DNA of 64,000 bases from Phycisphaerae bacterium (GTDB lineage: Bacteria; Planctomycetota; Phycisphaerae; UBA1845; Fen-1342): positions 96,001 to 160,000 of the forward strand of contig CAXXWX010000023.1 in the NCBI GenBank assembly GCA_963675745.2, read 5' to 3'. Position 1 is the first letter of the stretch, and the number at the start of each line of letters is the position of its first letter. The notes under the pieces are model-generated. The model was not told where the DNA came from. It saw only the letters and a program-made list of their open reading frames with translations, and did not search any database. This document shows positions 19,609-30,480 of this stretch, in pieces. The translations under genes were made by a program, and so were the position numbers.

Positions 19609-21834
19609 CTAACGGGCCAGCAGCGCGACGAACGCGTCGATGTCCCCGTTGTTGATGTACCCGTCGCCGTTAATGTCGCCGAGCATCACGTCGCAGTCGG
19701 GGTACTCATCCGGGTACTGCTCCGGATACGACAGGGCGAAAACGAACGCGTCGATGTCGCCGTTATTGACCCAGCCGTCGCAGTTCATGTCACCGACCGC
19801 GAATTCCTGGTCCACCACCTCCAAGGTTACGCCGACGGCGCCGTAGACCACGCGCCAGTAGCGTCCGGCGGGGAGAGTCGGCAGCGAGACCTGGTTGAAC
19901 GTCCCCGAGCGCGCGCCGAACTTCACGACGCTGAATGTGTCCCCGATGTTGGGTACAAAGCCGTCGATCAGGCGCACGTCAAGTTTGCCGCCCAGTGTCG
20001 CCAGGCCGGTGATAAGAAGCTGATCGTATTCGCTTACCACCGATGTGCCGCTCAGCCTGATTCTGAGCTCGGCTGAGCTGGAGGCGGTGAAGTCGCCGAC
20101 CACACGCAACCTGCCGGTGGCCAGCGTGTTCGCCGTGGGCAGGATGTAATTGTGGTTGACCAGCGGGCCGGCGATGGTGGTGTTGTCTGCGATGGTGCCG
20201 CCGCCGTAGATTGCCCCTTCGTTCAGGAACGGCTTGCCGCCGCCGGCGGTAACCGTGCTGCCGCCCCAGATGGTCATGTTGCCGTAATTCTCGATTGCGT
20301 TGGTATAGCCGCCCCCGGTGGCGGTAATCGGCCGGGTTGATGTCGCCGTGATGTTCGCATGGTTGACCAGGTGGGTACAGGTGAACGGTCCCACGTTGTT
20401 GAACGTGCCGTAATTCGTCAGTGTGCTGCCGCTGAAATCACCGGCGTAGTAGTCAAACGTGCCGTTATTGGTGAGGTGGCCGCTGAAGGTGCCGCCGTTC
20501 GTTGCCGCGTCACCCATCTGGAACGTGCCATCGTTGGTGAAGTTGCACATGAAGTAAACACCGGGCATCACCCGCGGGCCGCGCACGTGGCAACTGTCGT
20601 ACATCTCGAACAGGCCCGCCGTGTTGCTCAGGTTGAGTGCGCGAAAATCGGAGCTGTTGTAGAGCGTGGCGCCGAGCGGCGAATTGTTGGTGTAGTCGCT
20701 GGTCGTAAGAATGCCGCCGAGCTGCTGGTAGTAGCCTGAATGGTTGATCACCTCGCCTTCGACATCGATCGTACCGGCGCCAGTGGAGAGGTAGACGTAG
20801 CTGTAGGCGCTGCCGGCGTCGCCATCCCAGATTTCGAGGTTGCCACCGACGGTAACATCGCCGCCGTAGTTTGTGAACTTCGCCAGCGTGTAGGATCCCA
20901 CGAACAGATTCGTGCCGATGTCGAGGATTGTGTCGCCGTCGTCTTCGTTGGTCGTATACACGGCGCGCTGCGTGTGCGACCCGTTCGCCCCGATGGTAAC
21001 GGCCCCCGTGGTCGTGACCGTACCGCCCGACTGTGTGAACTCACCGTTGCCGTTGAAGCAGATCGTGATGTGGCTGCAGTCCAGCTCCCCACCCCTCATC
21101 AAGTACTCGCCATAACCGCCCGTGTTCAGGCCCAGCATGACGGCGGCGGCATCAAAGGTCCCGCCGGTCTGTTCGAACGTGCCCGTGGAGCCGTTGCCGA
21201 TGACTGTATTCGAATGAACGGTCAGCGTCGTGCCGGAGGTCGAGTCCTTCAACCAGTAGGTGCCGGGATCGTGGTCACCCACGTAGAGAGTCTGGATTTC
21301 GGCGTCGCCGGAGACATGGTCGAAATCCCCCGGCGCGTAGTACCCGACCGAGCAGTAGTGGCCGACGTACAACCCGCTGCCCGGCCCGCTGGTGGCCATG
21401 TAGAAGTGCCCCGTGTAGTCGCCGTAGTTGCCGACGAACAGGTCGTCGTTGACCCAGAGGAAGGGCGGGCCCTCCATCCAATGGAAGGCCTCACCGTCGC
21501 CACCGATCTGCATGTCCGTGGTCGTGAGCGCGTACTCAAACTGCCAGATCGCACCGTAGAGCGTACCATCGCCGTCGATCTTCACGTTGCCGAAACCCGA
21601 GATTCCCGACCAGTCATAGGTAACCGCCTTGTGCGCCGGGCCACTTACGATGATCTCAACGAAGTCGTTGGCCTGTGGGCAGTGTCCCAGGCTCCAATTG
21701 CCGGGCACATTCCAGTCACCACCGTTGGCCGGCACGTAGGAAATCGTTGCCCCCATTGCCATGAACGGCGCCAGCGCCCCCAATAGCAGCGCGGCTCCGA
21801 ACGCCGTCGGTTTGTAATCTTGTTTGTGGCGCAT
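19609..21834 (-). CDS. Secreted beta-helix/autotransporter-passenger-like protein with C-terminal dockerin-like tag
   Basis: Signal peptide; GDWNVPGNWS; G/T/N-rich repeats; YDQL.ITG.ATLGG.L; GDMNCDGWVNNGDIDAFV duplicated Ca-loop. Confidence 0.8.
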   Translation of the reverse strand: MRHKQDYKPTAFGAALLLGALAPFMAMGATISYVPANGGDWNVPGNWSLGHCPQANDFVEIIVSGPAHKAVTYDWSGISGFGNVKIDGDGTLYGAIWQFEYALTTTDMQIGGDGEAFHWMEGPPFLWVNDDLFVGNYGDYTGHFYMATSGPGSGLYVGHYCSVGYYAPGDFDHVSGDAEIQTLYVGDHDPGTYWLKDSTSGTTLTVHSNTVIGNGSTGTFEQTGGTFDAAAVMLGLNTGGYGEYLMRGGELDCSHITICFNGNGEFTQSGGTVTTTGAVTIGANGSHTQRAVYTTNEDDGDTILDIGTNLFVGSYTLAKFTNYGGDVTVGGNLEIWDGDAGSAYSYVYLSTGAGTIDVEGEVINHSGYYQQLGGILTTSDYTNNSPLGATLYNSSDFRALNLSNTAGLFEMYDSCHVRGPRVMPGVYFMCNFTNDGTFQMGDAATNGGTFSGHLTNNGTFDYYAGDFSGSTLTNYGTFNNVGPFTCTHLVNHANITATSTRPITATGGGYTNAIENYGNMTIWGGSTVTAGGGKPFLNEGAIYGGGTIADNTTIAGPLVNHNYILPTANTLATGRLRVVGDFTASSSAELRIRLSGTSVVSEYDQLLITGLATLGGKLDVRLIDGFVPNIGDTFSVVKFGARSGTFNQVSLPTLPAGRYWRVVYGAVGVTLEVVDQEFAVGDMNCDGWVNNGDIDAFVFALSYPEQYPDEYPDCDVMLGDINGDGYINNGDIDAFVALLAR

Positions 21835-22191
21835 GGTCAGACTCCTATCTGAGTGGTGGGTGTCGTCACTGTTTCGGAATCACCCGTTGTGTCGCACTGC
21901 CCCGGCCGCTCGTCGGCCAAACTCCGTTGGACAGCCCCTGTCCACTAGAGATCACGACAAATCCTGCTGCGGACCTTGGCAAAAGCCCCCACGCGCACCG
22001 TGAGCGCAAGGAAACCAGTTGACTCGAGGTTCGGAGTGCCGGGGTGTGAGTCTGGCGGTGAATCAGGCAGGCAGGTCAAGCGCGGCCAGACGTGCTGGTC
22101 GGATCGGAGCCGGCCCGCGGCCCGCTCTGGCAACGGTGCTCAACCGATGGGAATCGCCGGCGCAAACCTGTGCCGCAGCCCCGCGCAGGTT

Positions 22192-23361
22192 TCAGACATG
22201 GGCCGCGGCGGCGGCGCGCTCCTGCAAACGCGGCAATTGCTCGCGCAATACGGCGGCTTGCGGCGAAGTCGGATACTTGCTGATCAGTTGGCGAGCGATC
22301 GCCAGCGCCTCGGCGAAGTGCTGCTCTCTGATCAGGTCGCGAATCTGCCCTTCCATCCGCTGGCGCTGCTGAATCTCGACATTGTCGCGCAGCGTCGGGA
22401 GCTGTTGGCGCAGAGCCTCGGTCTCGGCCGCATCCGGGTAACGCTCGATCAGGAGATTCGTCAGGTCCAGGGCCTCGTGCCAGTCCTTGCGGTCAGTCGC
22501 CGTCTGAGCCTGGGCCAGCAGGCGCGCCCGTTCGTCTTGCTGAGCTTTGGCGCGTTGGGCGGTAATGCGATGCGCCAACTCCTCGACCTTCTTTGACGCC
22601 GGATGCCGCTGAACGAGGTCTCGTACGATGTTGATTGCGCGGTCCCAGGCGCCCAGCGTGGCCAGGTCGGAAATCTGCCGGGTGGCATTCTCAATATCGT
22701 GAGCTTCGATCTTCTCGCGCGCCTGCTCGATTTGCAGATCGAGCTCATCCCACTCGGGAAGGGTCGGAAAACGCTCGCGCGCATCCGCCAATCGCCGGCG
22801 CGCCTGTACAAACTTATGCTCACGCAACAACTGCGGGACTTCGCCGGCGAGCTCATGCAACAGCGCTTGCCCCTGCACTTCAAAACGCTTGGCGCGCTGC
22901 TCTTCGCTGAGCAGCGTCAGGTTACGAATATCGACCAGCAAATCCCGCAACTGGCCCAGCGCCAACTCCACGCCATCACGCGAGCGGCGCGCCGGCGCGC
23001 TCACCGGGGCCGGCTGTGGCTGGAGCACGATCTGTTCCTCGGGGGATTCTGCCGCCAGGACAAGCTGGATGTTGTCCAGTTGCCGAACCGCCTCACCCAG
23101 CGCCCACAGCGCCAGGGCCCCACCCCAGGCCGCCAGCAGAAGCGCCACCACGTTGACGGTCAGGTACCATGAAAAACCGGCGGCCGCCGCGGAAACCTCC
23201 GCCGGTAACTCGGTGCCGGCCCCCCAGATCGCCCAAAGCTGCACTATCGCCCAGACCAAAGCGAACAGGCCCAGGCCCAACGCCGCCACCTCGAGCGCCG
23301 CCCCGATTACACGCGCCTTACGCGGTCCGGCCGACTCTGTCCCGTGTACCGATTCACTCAT
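22192..23361 (-). CDS. Two-TM membrane protein with cytoplasmic TPR-like helical repeats
   Basis: Two TM helices, then repeated W/F..A.......L...YP.S..A units. Confidence 0.7.
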   Translation of the reverse strand: MSESVHGTESAGPRKARVIGAALEVAALGLGLFALVWAIVQLWAIWGAGTELPAEVSAAAAGFSWYLTVNVVALLLAAWGGALALWALGEAVRQLDNIQLVLAAESPEEQIVLQPQPAPVSAPARRSRDGVELALGQLRDLLVDIRNLTLLSEEQRAKRFEVQGQALLHELAGEVPQLLREHKFVQARRRLADARERFPTLPEWDELDLQIEQAREKIEAHDIENATRQISDLATLGAWDRAINIVRDLVQRHPASKKVEELAHRITAQRAKAQQDERARLLAQAQTATDRKDWHEALDLTNLLIERYPDAAETEALRQQLPTLRDNVEIQQRQRMEGQIRDLIREQHFAEALAIARQLISKYPTSPQAAVLREQLPRLQERAAAAAHV

Positions 23362-23478
23362 GTCGCACCTTCGACAATCCGCCCCCTGTCATTATTTGCC
23401 TCGGCGTGAAAAAGGCAATAGCGTCGCACGGCAGATCCCCGGCGTCACGCACCGGCGACGACGCCGGCGCAGGCTGCG

Positions 23479-24885
23479 CTAGTTCATCCCTGATAAAATC
23501 GGCAGGCCGTCCGAGCAGCGTAAGAAATTCAGGGCCGGCGGCGGCACGCCAGGTGACTCCTCAGCGGCGGCCGAAACGCGCTGCATCTGCTCCGCAACCT
23601 CGACAAACGCGTCGACAATCGTCGGATCGAACTGCGTCCCGCTCTGCGCGATGATCAGCGCGCGGACTCGCTCGTGCGACTTCGCCTGACGGTATACACG
23701 CGTCGAACTCGCCGCATCGTACACGTCGGCGACCGCGACGATGCGCGCCGCCAGCGGAATATCCTCGCCGCTGAGCTTCTGGGGATAACCTGATCCATCC
23801 CACCACTCGTGATGACTCAGCGCGATCTCCCGCGCCATCGCCAGAAAGTCGTTCTCTCCCAGACGATCACCGATCGCGGCGAGGCACTCGGCGCCGATGG
23901 CCGCGTGTTGCTGCATGATCAACCGCTCCTCCGCCGACAGCGGCCCCGGCTTGAGCAGGATGGCGTCTGGAATCCCCACCTTGCCGATATCGTGCAGCGC
24001 CGACGCAAACCGCAGCGTCTCAATCCACGCGCTGTCTATCTCAGGATGTCGCTTCGCCACGGCACGCGCCAACAGGGCGCTGAGACTCTGGAGCCGCGTG
24101 ATGTGGGCCCCGGTCTCACGATCACGGGAATCCGCCAGCCGGGCCAGACCGAACATGATCGCGTCGCGCGTCTGTACCAGGGCCGCCGTGCGCTGAAAAA
24201 CCTTCTTGCGCAATCCGCGGTTGTGTACGGCCAACTCGTTTTCGTAGCGATTCATGATGCGCAGCGTCAGCAGGCCGGTGAGCAACACCAGCACCACGGC
24301 AATCGCGAATCCCGCCCCACGCAGCGGGACACCGGCCACCGTCCGCCCGGAGCGGTCCGGCGCCAACGGGCGGTGAACAACCGCCACGTACGGCGAACCG
24401 GCAATGCGCTGGGCGGCGATCAGTTGGTCGCCGTCCGGAGTGTCCACCTGTCCAGCCACAATGCTATTGTTTCCGGCGACGCACTCCGCCAGCGGCTTGC
24501 GCTGGTCACCTTCCTGAAGCAGCCAGCGCCCCAGCCGGATGTTGCGCAAGGCCGGCTCATCACGCAGACGCCGATCCGCCACCAGCGCGCCGTCGGCGTC
24601 GATGATGCTCAGGTGCCAACCTTGAGGCAGCGGCAGTTCCTCGAGCAGCCTCTGAAGCTCCGCCAACGAGGCGGCGTGCGAATCCGGGGCGCGCTCTTTC
24701 ATCCGGATCGCGAGCTCGTGTACGGTCTGGGCGGTGATATGCTGGTGGCTGGCGACGTACTGCTCAGTGAGCGCGTGCTGCCAGGCATCCGCCTGCCAGC
24801 CCGAGTACCAGAGCACGCCCGCGGCCAGACAGATGAACTGAGCGGCCAGGATGCTGGCAACGAGAGCCCATGGCCTACGAATCAT
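23479..24885 (-). CDS. Membrane HD-GYP c-di-GMP phosphodiesterase with Cache-like sensor
   Basis: Two TMs; RDRETGAH, LHDIGKVGIPDAILLKPG, HHEWWDGSGYP, ARIVAVADVYDA. Confidence 0.92.
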   Translation of the reverse strand: MIRRPWALVASILAAQFICLAAGVLWYSGWQADAWQHALTEQYVASHQHITAQTVHELAIRMKERAPDSHAASLAELQRLLEELPLPQGWHLSIIDADGALVADRRLRDEPALRNIRLGRWLLQEGDQRKPLAECVAGNNSIVAGQVDTPDGDQLIAAQRIAGSPYVAVVHRPLAPDRSGRTVAGVPLRGAGFAIAVVLVLLTGLLTLRIMNRYENELAVHNRGLRKKVFQRTAALVQTRDAIMFGLARLADSRDRETGAHITRLQSLSALLARAVAKRHPEIDSAWIETLRFASALHDIGKVGIPDAILLKPGPLSAEERLIMQQHAAIGAECLAAIGDRLGENDFLAMAREIALSHHEWWDGSGYPQKLSGEDIPLAARIVAVADVYDAASSTRVYRQAKSHERVRALIIAQSGTQFDPTIVDAFVEVAEQMQRVSAAAEESPGVPPPALNFLRCSDGLPILSGMN

Positions 24886-25283
24886 GCACAGTGCCTCACC
24901 CGGCGTTGGCCTGGGAAGTCACGCGACTCCCTCCTCCGCAGTCATTGTTCGGGTGAATATGCCCGCAAACTGTGCTGTCGGCCGGAAGATCGGCGTCCGC
25001 GGCGGAGATGCACGCGATTATGGGGCAGCCGGGGCCGGAGAAGTCCGAATCCCCCATCCAGCAGTTACCGGCACGGCGTGTTCAGATGCACCAGCAGCGT
25101 CTACCGCCGCTCCCGGTTCGGCCGTTTCGCGCGCCTGGCGACGTAGCAATGTAGCGGCCTGCGCCCCGCAGGCCGTCGTCACGAAATGGCGTTTCCGATA
25201 TCCGGCGGCCGGCGAGGCGCCGGCCGTTACACATTGCGCCGAGGGATGGCGCGAAACGCGGTACGCCGCCAGCGGAAACGGCC

Positions 25284-26390
25284 CTAACTCTCCGCCGGGC
25301 TCTCCTGCGTCGACGCGTTGACTCCGCGGGGCCGCCCTTTTCGCCCCCGATAACGCGTAACCTCCCTCACATAGCGCTTGCCTTCGGAAGTCACGTGGTT
25401 CCGCGCCGAGAACGGGACGTCGTTGGGCAGCTTGGGGAGAAGCTGCGATCTGGCCAACTCGCTGAACTGACTCTTGACGGCCGCCGCGTCGTAGTCGCCG
25501 CCCGTGCGCGCGTTCAATCCCGCGGCAATCACGCGCAGGGCAACCTCGTTCGGCAGCAGATTCGCCAACGTCACCTTGGTCTCACGATAGAGCTGCAAGA
25601 GGTGATCAACGTGCAGCCCCGGCCAGGCGCCGTTATCGCGCGTGCCGCCGTCCGTCTCGGCAACACCCGCCAGACGCTTTCGCGTGTGTTCCGCGTACTC
25701 CGGCGAAATGTCGATCCCGATATACTCCCGGCCGAGCCGTTGGGCCGCGACGGCGGTGGTCCCGCTGCCGACGAACGGATCGAGCACAATGTCACCCTTG
25801 TTGCTGCTGGCCATGATGATGCGCATCAACAGCGCTTCGGGCATCTGGCAACCGTGAAACCCCGCCCGCTCCTTGAACGTCCCGCACACGCGCGGAAACT
25901 CGTCCCACACATCATTCGGTAATCGTCCCAGCGGGCTCGCGCGCAGATCCTGGTACTCGGTGTGCCGCGCGCTTGGAAAACGCAACGCGCGGTCATTGAA
26001 GACGAACTCGCGCGCATCTTTCGTGAAGTAGAAAATGTGCGTGTGCGCCCGGCAGAACTTCGTGCGCGTGTTCTGCCCGAATGTGTAGTGCCAGATGATC
26101 CAGTTGCGCAGGTGCAGGCCCAATTCGCGGCCGATTACCCGAATGTCGGCCGCAAACTCATCACCGATCGCGATATAAAACGCCCCCGTCGGCTTGAGCG
26201 CGCGGCTAACCGCCGCCATCCACGCGCGCGACCATTCCACGTACTCCGCATCCGGCACATCGTCGTGGTACTTGTCGTAGACGTAACCGATATTGAACGG
26301 CGGATCGGCAAAAGCAAGGTCGACCCACCCCTCCTCGTCGCCGTTGAGCAGTTTGATCGCATCGCCACAATATATAGTGTTTGTATCCAT
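25284..26390 (-). CDS. Orphan beta-class N4/N6 DNA methyltransferase with C-terminal extension
   Basis: Motif IV FADPPFN precedes motif I VLDPFVGSGTT; about 120-aa extra C-terminal region. Confidence 0.92.
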   Translation of the reverse strand: MDTNTIYCGDAIKLLNGDEEGWVDLAFADPPFNIGYVYDKYHDDVPDAEYVEWSRAWMAAVSRALKPTGAFYIAIGDEFAADIRVIGRELGLHLRNWIIWHYTFGQNTRTKFCRAHTHIFYFTKDAREFVFNDRALRFPSARHTEYQDLRASPLGRLPNDVWDEFPRVCGTFKERAGFHGCQMPEALLMRIIMASSNKGDIVLDPFVGSGTTAVAAQRLGREYIGIDISPEYAEHTRKRLAGVAETDGGTRDNGAWPGLHVDHLLQLYRETKVTLANLLPNEVALRVIAAGLNARTGGDYDAAAVKSQFSELARSQLLPKLPNDVPFSARNHVTSEGKRYVREVTRYRGRKGRPRGVNASTQESPAES

Positions 26391-26471
26391 CAGATATCCC
26401 TCATATTGACATCCAGCATTATATCAGGATTGGGCGACCAGCGCCAGTCTGCACGCGATAATGGCTGGAGA

Positions 26472-26969
26472 CTACCTCCAGAACCGCTCCCGGAGCTTGC
26501 CAATCCGGCGCCAGTGCGTGCCCTCCCAGAATACGTGGCCGCAATCCGCGCAGACGTAGTACTCCGCCAGCCATACCAGCGTGCGTGCCGGCACGCGATC
26601 GGCCACCTCCGCGCGGCCGACGCGGGCGAGCGACCCGTTGCAAATCGTGCAACGTGGCGGCGCCGGTGTGATGCTCAGCGCGGGGATGACGATCTCGAGC
26701 TGCTCATCGACCGAGATGCCCACGGGCAGATGCACGCCGCGCAGCTCACCTCGTGTAAATACACGCCGCAGAAACAAGCCGTTGTCCGAAGAGACAACGA
26801 CGCGGCCTTGCGCCAGTGCCAGGGCAACCAGCTCACCGTCGTCGATCCCCTCGATATAGGTTGTATCAACGCCGAGCAGGCGCAGCCAACGGGCCAACCG
26901 CCCACAACACGCATCGCACGCAACGAGCGGCTGACCGGTATCGTCCTTCGACGGATTCATGGGAGACAT
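26472..26969 (-). CDS. Mut7-C RNase (PIN-like + zinc ribbon) domain protein
   Basis: D..CGRLARWLRLLGVDT, RCTICNG, CADCGHVFWEGTH. Confidence 0.88.
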   Translation of the reverse strand: MSPMNPSKDDTGQPLVACDACCGRLARWLRLLGVDTTYIEGIDDGELVALALAQGRVVVSSDNGLFLRRVFTRGELRGVHLPVGISVDEQLEIVIPALSITPAPPRCTICNGSLARVGRAEVADRVPARTLVWLAEYYVCADCGHVFWEGTHWRRIGKLRERFWR

Positions 26970-27221
26970 GATACCGCACGGTTTCCGCCGACTCGGCGCG
27001 TAGCCGCGCGTTGTACACGCGGTGCGCACGAAGGGGCATCCGGATTATGCCGCTGGTAGTTAACCGTAGCACGGTGACTGCACGTCGCCCCCGCGCCGCG
27101 TGAGCCGTCGACGCACCAACCCTGGACAGGCCGAACCGATTGAGCCGGTCTCCCCCCAGATCAACGGCGTCGCAATATGCGCGACGACCGCTCTGTGTGC
27201 TTCCCGCCGGGCGGAAGGCGA

Positions 27222-29108
27222 TTACTCCTCGGCGGCGATGTGCATCTTCGCCAGGCGCTCCTGCCGCAACTCCTGCAACACGCCCGGATATGCATTCAAC
27301 ATCTGGTCCAGAATATCCAGCGTACGATCAACGGCGCCGCCCTCGGCGGTATGCGCCGCGTCCGTAAGCCGGGCCGCGTCCGGAATCTGCCGCGCTTTGT
27401 CAAAGAAGTGCGTCTCGATCGTCTCCATCAGCAAGGCACGTTGTCGGTCGCGTTCACGACGCCAATGGTCGTGGTCCGTCTTGTGGCGGTCGCGGAACCG
27501 ATTATGCGCGGCCCGGAAAACGTGTGCCTGGATAACCAGCAGCTCGTCCTGAACGGTCGAGGCATCGGGATCGTCGGCAATCACCTCGCGCAGACGTTCG
27601 GCCAGCGCGGCCAGTCCGGGATAGCTGGTGACGCGGAAGACGTTCGTGCGCGCCGTGCTGACGATGTTGTGAAACAGGCAACTCGCCGCATTGACCTTCG
27701 CGTACGTGCGAATGCGCCGCAGCGTGACGGCGTTCTCAAACTCTGGCGTCTCGTCGAGTTCGCTTTCACCTTTGTGGCGGGCCAGTTCATCGCAGCGATC
27801 GACCACGGCCCGGTTCACATCCACATACGCCTGCCACTGCTTACCGAGGTGCAGCAGGTGCGAGTATGCCAGCAACACCTGCAACCGTTCCGGGCTGGTG
27901 TGGTGCTGTACGCGCGCGGCGTCCAGCAGAAAAGCGCCGCTGAGCTTGTAGGCCTCATCGAGCTGGTTGCGCTCGAGCGCATCGCAGATCTTGAGGATCG
28001 TCTGCATCTGCCGTTCGAGCACGGTGCGCTGTTCATGCACCTCGGCCAAAGAGCGCTCGTCGAGCAGCACGTTTATGGCGCCGCTGAACTCCGCGCGGTC
28101 GAGCAGCTTCGCGCCCTTGGCGATCGCGTCATCGGGGCCAAAGCTGAACGCCAGATCGCGCGCAAGCCGGAACATCTCTTCGCGCAGCTCGGCGTCCGCC
28201 AACGAGCCCCAGGGCTCGGACGCAAACTTGAGCAGGCGCTTGTGCACCTTGCGGAATTGCCGCCGTGGGGTCTCGCGCACCGGCGCTCCCTCCTTCCGAA
28301 CGATGCGCATGATCTTCGTGACCTCTCCCGGCGTCAATCCAAGCATGCCGGCCAGCGCCCGTGCATCAAGCGTACCCTCGTCATTCAAAGGCGATCGATC
28401 CGCGCGCGGCTCATCCGCCCACGCCTCGAGGTACTTGAGGACTTCGGCCGTGTGCGGCGGCACCCACTGTCCATCCAGCACGCGCGCAAACCACTCGCCC
28501 AAGCCGACGTCGTCACGATGCTCACGCTGCCGCGCGGAAGTCCGTCGATCCTCTTCCTCCGCAAGCAACTGGGTGGCACCCTGCTCATACCTGGCCAAAA
28601 ACACGCGACGCGAACGTTCGCACTGCCGCTGAACCGCATGCGCGAAGCTGCTTCGCAGCCGATGTGGCGCCGAAACCGCTTCTGGGAGTTTCCGAAGCGT
28701 TGGCTTGAGTTTCGCACAAATCTCGTTGACAAACCGTTCCTCGAAGTTCGCATCGTTGAACTTCGAACACGGCGGCGGTAACGGGACGCGATTATCGACC
28801 GCCACCGAGACAATATGCCTCAGCACCTCCTTGGCGGGCGCAACCAACTCCTTGTCCGCGCTGTCAAGATCACTCAAGAGTTGCGGCAGCCCTCCGTACC
28901 TGCCGACCAACTCGTCGACTATTCTGCCAAAGGCGGTTCCTGAACCGCCTACCGCTTTCGACGTGACCGTTTCACCCCGCCCCACACCCTGCGCTGGAAG
29001 GCCGTCGTCCAACCCCGGGGACACCGGACCTTCTATTGGCTTCACGCGCGCGCTGCGGGTTCCCCCCGGCCGATCTTGTCGTCTGTATGGATGAATTGCC
29101 CCATTCAT
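27222..29108 (-). CDS. Hypothetical protein; possible divergent sigma70/ECF-like N-half with HTH, plus helical-repeat C-half
   Basis: 628-aa open ORF; LDARALAGMLGLTPGEVTKIMRIVRK is HTH-like; C-half is alpha-helical/TPR-like. Confidence 0.55.
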   Translation of the reverse strand: MNGAIHPYRRQDRPGGTRSARVKPIEGPVSPGLDDGLPAQGVGRGETVTSKAVGGSGTAFGRIVDELVGRYGGLPQLLSDLDSADKELVAPAKEVLRHIVSVAVDNRVPLPPPCSKFNDANFEERFVNEICAKLKPTLRKLPEAVSAPHRLRSSFAHAVQRQCERSRRVFLARYEQGATQLLAEEEDRRTSARQREHRDDVGLGEWFARVLDGQWVPPHTAEVLKYLEAWADEPRADRSPLNDEGTLDARALAGMLGLTPGEVTKIMRIVRKEGAPVRETPRRQFRKVHKRLLKFASEPWGSLADAELREEMFRLARDLAFSFGPDDAIAKGAKLLDRAEFSGAINVLLDERSLAEVHEQRTVLERQMQTILKICDALERNQLDEAYKLSGAFLLDAARVQHHTSPERLQVLLAYSHLLHLGKQWQAYVDVNRAVVDRCDELARHKGESELDETPEFENAVTLRRIRTYAKVNAASCLFHNIVSTARTNVFRVTSYPGLAALAERLREVIADDPDASTVQDELLVIQAHVFRAAHNRFRDRHKTDHDHWRRERDRQRALLMETIETHFFDKARQIPDAARLTDAAHTAEGGAVDRTLDILDQMLNAYPGVLQELRQERLAKMHIAAEE

Positions 29109-29163
29109 CGCAACCGTGCCTTTGCGCTATCGATCCCACTCAACGTTCAGACAAACCCGGCCT

Positions 29164-29343
29164 CTATTTCGATTTACCGGCGCAACCGGTTGGGTCTGTC
29201 CCGAATCGGGTCTTCTCGAGCGTGAACTTCGGCACGACGGATGGGTCACCAAGCTTGGTGGCGAACTCGTCACAGCCGGTCAGACCGACAATGAACGCGG
29301 CAACCAGGCCACACATCAGTATTTTGGTCACACGGCGAGACAT
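29164..29343 (-). CDS. Small (59 aa) lipoprotein
   Basis: GAGGAG RBS; MSRRVTKILMCGLVAAFIVGLTGC lipobox; 36-aa mature part ending GCAGKSK. Confidence 0.6.
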   Translation of the reverse strand: MSRRVTKILMCGLVAAFIVGLTGCDEFATKLGDPSVVPKFTLEKTRFGTDPTGCAGKSK

Positions 29344-30119
29344 GGCACATCTCCTCAAAACATGTTCCGCTTCGCCAACGAGATGTCGCGGGCCAGACAC
29401 CCGCGCAGTCATTATGTAACGTACTCGCGCCCGGCGGGCCAGGCGAACAACCAGGGCACACTAATCCCGGTAACCTATTTTATCACAACGACTTAAAAAA
29501 TACGAATTTTTCCAGATCCAGCTCGCGATTCGGCCGGCCCAAGTGTCTGGCGGCACACTCGGACAGTCCTCACGCTGACCAGCCGATCGCCACGGACAAC
29601 GGGCTAAGGCGGCTCCGACGCCTCGAAACAACGCTGTAAGCATGGCCGGCCTTGATTGGGCAGCGGCTCGCGGGCGCTTGTCGCCACGCCACGTGCAGGA
29701 ACGCGAAACGCGGTCGATTCTGACGCCGTCGAAAAAAAGTAGGCCGAATCTCTGTCCGAGGCGCTCCGCGCGTACCAAGCGCCCATCCCATACATCTTGG
29801 GCAGGCACGGTTCGGATAACGAGCCGAATCAGGTTTGACGACTGCTCTGTGCGGTTGCGTGCCCGAGACATGCTTGCTCGCCGGTTCGTGGGAGCCGGAA
29901 ACACGGGTCAAAAGTACCAGGACATCTGTTTTGGCCATTAGTGAATCAACATTTGGCTTCTGTGCCGCCGCAACCGAGCGGGTGGCATCATTGATAGACC
30001 GGAAGCGCGACGAGTGCGATCGTGCTCCCGGTCGCTCCGTCCCGCTTTGGCCGCCACGGCAGGACGTTGCCGCGGAAACCGCAGGTCCGTGCCCCAACAC
30101 GCGGACCGGTGATTTCACC

Positions 30120-30480
30120 GTGCATGTGCGCCGCGCTGACTCGGCCGGCGCGCGCGTCGCCACCCTGGCCGCCTCATCCAAGCGGTTGAACCAGACCACC
30201 AGTAACGACGTCGTCATTGCTGATGCGGCGCGAACCGGGTATCGCCCCTCGGCCGCGGAACTTGACCGCAGCGTTACGCGCGAGCTGTTGCTCGGAGTAG
30301 TCGACCGACCGGCCGACAGGCTCCGCAGCCCGGCCCGACAGGCTGGTATCAAGGAGGCACTCCCCACTGGCGGAGGACGTTTCGTGATCGATTCTCGTTG
30401 TCAGAGAGCCAACACTTCCCAATTGGTCGCGTCGAGATCGTCCGCGGAAACAACCCACAGTGATGCGCCCGGTGGTGCGG
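30120..30480 (+). pseudogene. Degenerate LacI-family regulator remnant
   Basis: VRRADSAGARVATLAASSKRLN...AARTGYRPSAAEL...LGVV...AGIKEAL follows the LacI HTH-hinge-core pattern with consensus loss; no full ligand domain. Confidence 0.35.

Noticed and set aside
27177..28781. Long antisense ORFs (also 23809-25146, 15603-16886, 50249-51544)
   Set aside because: Shadow frames of high-GC genes on the opposite strand; no motifs
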